A stretch of 63,098 nucleotides of DNA, counting the filler, from Hyphochytrium catenoides (Eukaryota; Protista; Hyphochytriomycota), in assembly GCA_900088475.1 (NCBI GenBank). It is 7 parts of 7 records of this genome, joined end to end, with 100 filler letters (N's around TTAATTAATTAA, not from the genome) between each part and the next. Parts side by side here need not be neighbours in the genome. Positions count along the whole stretch, not along the records: positions 49,408 to 58,615 come from FLMG01004450.1; positions 58,716 to 61,914 come from FLMG01003197.1; positions 62,015 to 63,098 come from FLMG01001792.1; 4 more parts are not named here. One strand, given 5' to 3'. The position numbers and the translations under genes were made by a program. Shown here one piece after another: positions 58,577 through 63,098 of the stretch. Position 1 is the stretch's first letter. Each line of letters begins with the position of its first letter. Under the pieces are notes generated by a model. That model had not been told where the DNA came from, made no database searches, and saw only the letters and a list, made by a program, of their open reading frames with translations.

Positions 58577-59151
58577 GTGAGACATCTTCTTTCTCTCTCT
58601 CTCTCTCTCTCTCTCNNNNNNNNNNNNNNNNNNNNNNNNNNNNNNNNNNNNNNNNNNNNTTAATTAATTAANNNNNNNNNNNNNNNNNNNNNNNNNNNNN
58701 NNNNNNNNNNNNNNNTATTAGTATGTCTCTAGACCCAAAGCGGAAGACAGCTAGTAGAAGCTGGTGCTCAACGAGAGAGAGGGAGAAAGAGGTGCGGGCT
58801 CCTGGAGTCTGAGAATGAGAGTTCGTTGATGACAGAGAAAAGGCTAGCTTTATGAATAGCGAAAGATGCAGAAGTGTCACAGCGGCTGTGCCGAGAAAGG
58901 CCTGGGTTACGACGTATCACTACCATCCTCGTATTGCTCTAAATGAATAGTCAGTGTGGGCAATCATTAACTCGATGACCGCTTTAACGGCTTCTAACCG
59001 CTTGTCGGAGGCAGATAGTAGAGCCATCTTCATAGTGGAGGGCACCAACCGTGCCTTGTACAAAACAATTTCTCCTTGCTCTGGGGTAATCCATTCAGAG
59101 CCTGTGAGTAAATGACAAAGAACGTATGGACTGTCCCTTCCGTCTACGCAG

Positions 59152-61793
59152 TTAGCCATCACCCTTTTCTTCATTCTCATCCAGCTCTTCTTCCTCCTCT
59201 TTTTCATCCCCAGTGAAGTCGCTGTCTTCCTCGCTCTCTGCGTCTTCCTGAGTTCTCATCATACCAACAATAACTTTCCGCTTCAAAGCCTTGATTATGG
59301 CCTTTTGCCCCATCCGCACAGCTAGGGCTAGACGTTTCCGCGTCGAAGTGCCATCGGCATGATATAGACTCTCGTCTTCACTGTATAGATAGCGGAATCA
59401 GTACCAATGGGACTGTATCTACAGTACTTAAAAGTAGAAATCACCTGAGAGTCGTGGTGAAGCGACCATTGAGCTGGTCTATAGTGAAGAGAAGAAGTTG
59501 CCAGACGCCAGAAGCGAGTTCGTAATCTTCTTCCATGGTGTCTAATCCTAGCGGGATAGGGCTCTGCTCGTATTCTTCAAATTCCTCAGTAGTCATCACA
59601 ATGATCTGGGTGGCTGTCAGTAGTTCCTTCATGAGAAATTTAAACGATGTCATTTCGCTTCCTGCTGACCATCGCAAGCATTGAGTGGTTACCTCAGAAA
59701 GAGGATCTGCCAAACTAAGAATCATGACGCCTAAGCCGCAGTGGCTGCTTCTGGTAGAAGTTGTGGGCTGATGACTCAGACTACCACTCTCCAAGAGGTC
59801 AGGAGAGAAAGTCTCTAGAAACTTGATCTTCCTCTCCAAGACCTCCTCTTGGTCACTTGTCTTCTTCTTCTTACGCCTCTTTTTGACGTGATAGGACGAC
59901 CCTCTGGCGTCGCAAAAGCGCGCCTTCTTCATAGGTGCCGGGTATTTTCGAACTGGAGTCTGAATGACAAAGAACCTTAGCATTTCCATATTTGTTTAGT
60001 CCAATCCAGACCTCTTGAGGAAGTTGCTAGGAGCCAGTGGGAATGCTTCCAATTCCTTCATTGCTTCCTATTTTACCTATCTGTGCCTATTTAGCACAGG
60101 CATGGGGCATGCAAAGGAACAAGTTAACAGGAGCACCATCAGCTTACCTCGCTCTGGCTCGTTCTGGCTGTGCTATCCTCAGACTCTAGGCCATCTGTCG
60201 CATTTTCATCGCCACTACTGTCCATGATCTCAATTACTTCCTCGTAGTCATCGTACCGGTATAGACCCGTCTTATCCTTTCTCTTCCTCAACTGTTTGTA
60301 GTTAGAAACAAGGTCGTTGAGAGATATGGCAAACGTCTCGTAGGGGTTGCCCTCCAGAATGAAGCCATATGTATGTAGTAGCTGCGAGTTTCCTAGTTGT
60401 CCATAGGAGTGGAAGATCTCAGACCCTATCCTGATATCACGCTCTGCAGTCATCTAAGAGCAAATATCGTGAGGAGTCTAGTTGCCATTAGGAGTGGAAG
60501 ATCTCGACCATCATGATACCACGCTCTACAGTCATCTAAGAGATGTGGTGGCCAGAGAGTGGTAACATGCTCCACGATTCTTCTTTTGGCAAAATCTCAT
60601 CTGGTCTTAACGACCTTACGTTCTTCGCAAGGTCTCCCTCTTTTCAAACTGTTGCCACGTAGGATTCATCATAACTCACTCTAAAAGCGCTTCCGTCCCA
60701 TCGCAGAGTCGTGCAGACACGGTCGGGATCGTGATTGATCATGTCTATGATAGGGAGGAGGAATGGGCCAGTACCCGGCGCTCCATGGAAGCCCCTGACC
60801 AGCCAAAACGAGAGAGGGACGACAAAGAAGTGATCAATTTGAGTGGGAAATCCCTTCACTCTTGCCTCTCCTCTCTTACCTGGACATTACGCATGCGGAA
60901 GCCACTCTAAACTCCTCAAAAGTGCTGACGGATGGTGGCCACAGATCAGGCTTTTGCGCCATAATCGGCTTAACGTTCTGCAAGGAGGCAGAGGTATTGA
61001 ATGTTCTCAGCCACGTCCCAAGACTAAACCCTTTGGTCCCTTCTCTCGTGAGCCAGCCATCTGTCTAAAGTTGATGCTTACGTGACCGCGGCTACACAGC
61101 TCTACCTTCATCTTTTCCTTTTAACCACATTAGCTTGCATTATCCTCCCTCCTTCTCGACCTACTCATACAGAGATAGACCTTTACCGATCTCTGCGTCT
61201 CTGCTTTGAACCTCACATCTTACCTGTTCGAACCTCTCGCGCATAGTGCGTCTGTTTTCCTCATATCTACAAAGGGACGTTTTGCATTAGTAGATGTTCA
61301 GGGAGACCTCAACAGAGAAGCTTGGACCTTACATCGACGTTCCTCTGAGTTCTTCGTACTCATCATCCGACCAGAATATGGGCAGATCAAACTCTACTGG
61401 TAGCGTAGAGATATACGGATAGAGGATAGATTTCTCTCCTATGCCCTTTTCATATAGGATCCTTACCAGCAGAGGTCTTTCAGTATGCCTATTGAACTAA
61501 TATAGCCACTCCAAAGGAAAACTTTACCTCAGAGCCTGTTGTATAAACGTACTAACAGGCTTTTCGCAGGAAGTGAAGAATGCCGTCAAGGGATCTGCCC
61601 CTAAGCTACTTCCCGCACCAGATTCAGCAGATGGGGGAGATAAGTAAGCGGTCTTTGGCAAGACTACCAGTGTCTCTCCATTCGCGATCGACTCTTGGGT
61701 GAATACACCACGCACACCAGAAGGGGCCGCAATTTGTAAGGCAGGGTGGACATAAGCTCCTCTCTCTCTCGCCCATTGCAAAAGCTCAGCCAT
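59152..61793 (-). CDS. SET-domain N-lysine methyltransferase, SETD6/RKM4-like (multi-exon)
   Basis: MAELLQWARERGAYVHPAL..RGVFTQESIANGETLVVLPKTAYLS; ILYEK..YPYISTLP..LPIFWSDDEYEELRGTS; FLLPIIDMINHD; MTAERDIRIGSEIFHSYGQLGNSQLLHTYGF; RKRLALAVRMGQKAII. Stop TAA at 59152, or at 58920 if one more intron is spliced. Confidence 0.9.
60393..60542. repeat. Degenerate tandem duplication (~65 bp) of an acceptor site plus exon start in the SETD6-like gene
   Basis: 60393-60460 (real exon start) vs 60478-60542 (intronic copy): CTAGTTG..AGGAGTGGAAGATCTC..GATA.CACGCTCT.CAGTCATCTAAGAG. Confidence 0.85.
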
Positions 61794-63098
61794 AATGCAC
61801 CAACAACTGGGAGGGTTAGAAAGACGGAGCTTCTATCTGCTTCCAGCGGCGGAGAGCAGAAGAGTTCCAGTCACTATGTATCGTTGAGGACAGCCATCAT
61901 GGCACCTAATGCCANNNNNNNNNNNNNNNNNNNNNNNNNNNNNNNNNNNNNNNNNNNNTTAATTAATTAANNNNNNNNNNNNNNNNNNNNNNNNNNNNNN
62001 NNNNNNNNNNNNNNGCCCGCCCGATGCCATCGCATCGGCGATCTCTCTTGCAGGAGTATGCTGTTCACCTTATATCGTCTGGGATCGTCTGGGATAAGTC
62101 AGTCTAGGAGCTCGGGGAAGGTTGCCTTCAAGACCTTAAGAATGCGAGGATGGCGGTAAGAAGCCAGCAAGGCATTTACTTGCGATCACCTACGTCAGCA
62201 CCTCCATCAGAGCTGCGGCAGGAGAGAGCAGCGAGGCCATCCAAAGTAGAGCGTAAGCATCTCGCGATGCCGGATGATGATGAGGACTGAAGACTGATGA
62301 AGACTTGCCAAGGGTTGCGCCTGTGCTGTTGATTGAGTACCGCTAACGGCGGTTGGCCGAACCCATCAAGAGGCTTGTGTGTTGATGTGAGAGATCTTCA
62401 TTTCTTCGCCGCAGTCTTTTGCTACCTGTACTCATCAGACATACACTCAGACAGGGAGCAGGGAAGTGGGTGAAGAGAGAGAGAGGCCTTGTATGTGACC
62501 AGGCAGGAGAGCTGGGTAGCTTGAGCTTAAGAAAGGTTGGAGCAGCTGCTCGAGCTTGGAAGCAGTGGACTTGCTGAGATCTCTGAGACTTAGGGTCAGC
62601 GGAAAAGCTTCTGCGTGATCTAATAGTAAGTGGGGGTGGCAAGCTACTAATGCTCAATGGATGACCCTGGGCCTGACTGGGCGCCGCTGCCTCAACGGGC
62701 CCGACGGGTCCGGCGTGATGATGGTAAACATCTGTCCACAGTGAACACGACCGAGACTATGGCCGGCATCGGTAGGTGTTGACGAGGCCTGCGACATGGA
62801 GTAGAGGCCAGCTGTCAGACCTAATAGTGCAACAACTAGGGCTGACTAATGAGTGCACCGCCAGCATAGCTGCAGTGGAGGAAGGCAAGGACGAGACAGC
62901 AAAAGGGTAGGTCCGATGTCAAATGTAGCGACAATGCTTCTTACATGCATAAATAGCCTTGGACTAAGTAAATTGTGCCCTTTCTCAAGCTTCGAGGCAC
63001 TTTCTCTAGAAGATGCTGTGACCTATGAATGTACGTGGCGGCGCAGCAGCTAGTTTTCTGGCTCCTCAAGCCCACCATGTCTATTGCGTAAGGCTCTA

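Noticed and set aside
62015-63098. Gene or retroelement in the last contig
   Set aside because: All frames are interrupted and there is no recognisable domain; not supportable by eye.

Overview
This is eukaryotic DNA (probably a protist; a stramenopile/SAR affinity is only a guess from V-ATPase D). It has GT-AG spliceosomal introns and the standard genetic code. The window is seven unrelated contigs joined by artificial N44-TTAATTAATTAA-N44 linkers (1-27377, 27478-40844, 40945-46149, 46250-49307, 49408-58615, 58716-61914, 62015-63098), so adjacency across linkers means nothing. Most listed ORFs (poly-SL / poly-ER) are translated (CT)n/(GA)n intronic microsatellite. Genes I reconstructed by hand from exons: two SET/Rubisco-LSMT-type lysine methyltransferases, a Rabconnectin-3alpha/DMXL/Rav1 WD40 protein, a NIPA-type Mg2+ transporter, an ABCC/MRP transporter, a claudin/amastin-like tetraspan protein, a Gln-rich orphan, eIF2B-delta, a small LSD1-type zinc-finger/CaaX protein, an LC8-type dynein light chain, V-ATPase subunit D and RagC/D. 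Three unexplained structures stand out. (i) Many introns have an ordered 5'-(GA)n...(CT)n-3' self-complementary layout. (ii) A largely microsatellite-free island (37.05-40.84 kb) holds a 7x143-bp tandem array with alternating units, a pair of inverted GGTC/GACC motif arrays phased at ~10.5 bp, and a hAT-like end. (iii) The Rav1 protein carries a six-fold [DEH]TAA[AN]LF peptide motif. Exon boundaries were read by eye and may be off by a few bases; no database search was run.
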